Positions 63,701-64,000 of a stretch of 64,000 nt of DNA are shown one piece after another; position 1 is the stretch's first letter; each line of letters starts with the position of its first letter. The position numbers and the translations under genes were made by a program. Below the pieces are notes generated by a model. That model made no database searches. It saw only the letters and a program-made list of their open reading frames with translations, and had not been told where the DNA came from. The stretch is from Balanoglossus misakiensis. Its lineage: Eukaryota > Animalia > Hemichordata. Where the stretch lies: assembly GCA_040954595.2 (NCBI GenBank), contig CM082593.2, positions 5,845,434 through 5,909,433 of the forward strand. The letters run 5' to 3'.

Positions 63701-64000
63701 TGAGCCAAAGAAAGCGCGATTAGAGAGAATTTTGAGAGAAGACGATGGAAGAAAGAGGGCAGGGTTTTCGCAAGAAACAGACAAGCACACATCGCCCGTG
63801 AATCCCGAGCGTCACGGCGATCGCTTCCCCGCTTCACAACCGACGAACCGACGGAAAGGAAACGATCTGAGATTCACGGCCAGCACGCCGGTGTCAGCAG
63901 TCCGCCTGGGCGGATGGATCGACCACATGTGCCAAGAAACTCTCCTGTCCCAGTCTCCGCGACCACCTGTCGCGCGCGGTCGCCGGCATCGCGTAACTGC
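60744..64000 (+). CDS. Zinc-finger protein, partial (>1085 aa, open to window end), with LxxLL and CoRNR-like motifs
   Basis: ACCATGG Kozak at 60744; frame read open at its start, middle and end, and its absence from the ORF track fits having no stop before 64000. Fingers at ~62301-62456: FQCSSCSVSFQHPQALHMHGIQQH (C2H2) and LECPDCGRKYRLYCGLKRHQLTNC (C2HC). Also IKEE SUMO site, basic RRQRRQKAPKR, LHALL twice, FKRLL. Confidence 0.8.
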   Translation, partial: METARAVSLQSPETIAARQQRNSESLTDTEKVHQIDIKEEEKSDSGLTSIPHGMTSLDGRVGEGTSGGATGKRRGGRRQRRQKAPKRINVMSEMGVMANQSDGAGRFVTGQSRDLFKFSRALKQTSQKQHSEETNADAADGDNNQMGSFSKALVHLANLSTFKQILSGMNTGETSNELMNSKSIESALSGLDRKPVSRYDLVDNYRLLSNQTAADQSNTSETSSQSSDRIESHPELSQKRFPHDQQKQGRESPEFKDARTVTSTIMVDSQSEGVARHTPQTYKPQEGSSRSVSGPATQGKGDVMAGKSTTLPSHCTTGLPQVIEKTTCPSLAAEQRKRGLDDTTTGLSELNRFANSYGDRKHSGVNVATPVYSSDPNGPVLAAHKDGNFQVNHKRSNKEMDPVSQYSRPHSFPENRTSSLHALLQSNVPHRVGDLNKNPPLRVSGGPLSPVARIARKPTDEDEKKLTTDLHWIEFKRLLEEKRQSEASSGPASPSESPGGATASPQHPEIPTLQTSANIFQCSSCSVSFQHPQALHMHGIQQHVKKSLECPDCGRKYRLYCGLKRHQLTNCPRRSHSPYLSQEADFAAYGSPRVRHKCHNEDNSDCQQCARNIDSMHDPSPTPNDPAMSGDPSQGQVTPADVTPQPVPGSAVTPAGSSVSPQMGNTQQGELGMKSGGQLHALLNLIKTERAGLPGGAKEREDPDLSSAQKVHQRPEIIPDYPTDQGDPSRTLHDFAAVVLGANEVAGGQKVTRPLSQEETNDKRGWTEEVGETANKQTGSKQEYTRVAARVRVASEGVSAVCGGSGLSGRADQDRGSVENDTRLSAGLPRDNMDGRPLETGIEKQANSKISHVDYQGSPGGSADCNRNTASQGSDLKDGKAVGERGTGAGAGNGKVEGNGKVEMEERYIETTLEQFVATVVCKALTGKLPELNSTLRDLSDKRRAQKRGGDHESVNGGESEAGEARVEKVSENAEGRKSARKDDVFEPKKARLERILREDDGRKRAGFSQETDKHTSPVNPERHGDRFPASQPTNRRKGNDLRFTASTPVSAVRLGGWIDHMCQETLLSQSPRPPVARGRRHRVT

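Overview
AT-rich, intron-containing animal genomic DNA (GT-AG introns, microsatellites, TTAGGG-bearing MITEs). An invertebrate deuterostome is my guess from overall style only; the organism is not proven. Six protein-coding loci were reconstructed by hand from splice sites: (1) first coding exon of an hnRNP A/B-D-like gene (- strand, 9776-10029, rest probably off the left edge); (2) a 14-coding-exon, ~927-aa eight-module EF-hand protein with an RFX X-box promoter, a probable ciliary FAP115/EFCAB6-like protein (+, 12615-19372); (3,4) two tandem paralogues with an N-terminal TEX15/TASOR-type pseudo-PARP (DUF3715) domain followed by one giant disordered exon (+, 24615-34702, ~2835 aa; +, 36590-42482, ~1729 aa); (5) ZDHHC6 palmitoyltransferase (-, 45306-49018, ~385 aa, KKxx tail); (6) a zinc-finger protein that runs off the right edge (+, 60744->64000) with LxxLL and CoRNR-like motifs, preceded by an ~8-kb region rich in nuclear-receptor direct repeats. 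Several non-autonomous DNA transposons with clear TSDs are present. The best candidate for an undescribed system is the duplicated TEX15/TASOR-like pair, whose otherwise divergent tails share IPLE/DPRL, helical and PGTPCxDER motifs. All family assignments come from recalled motifs, not database searches.
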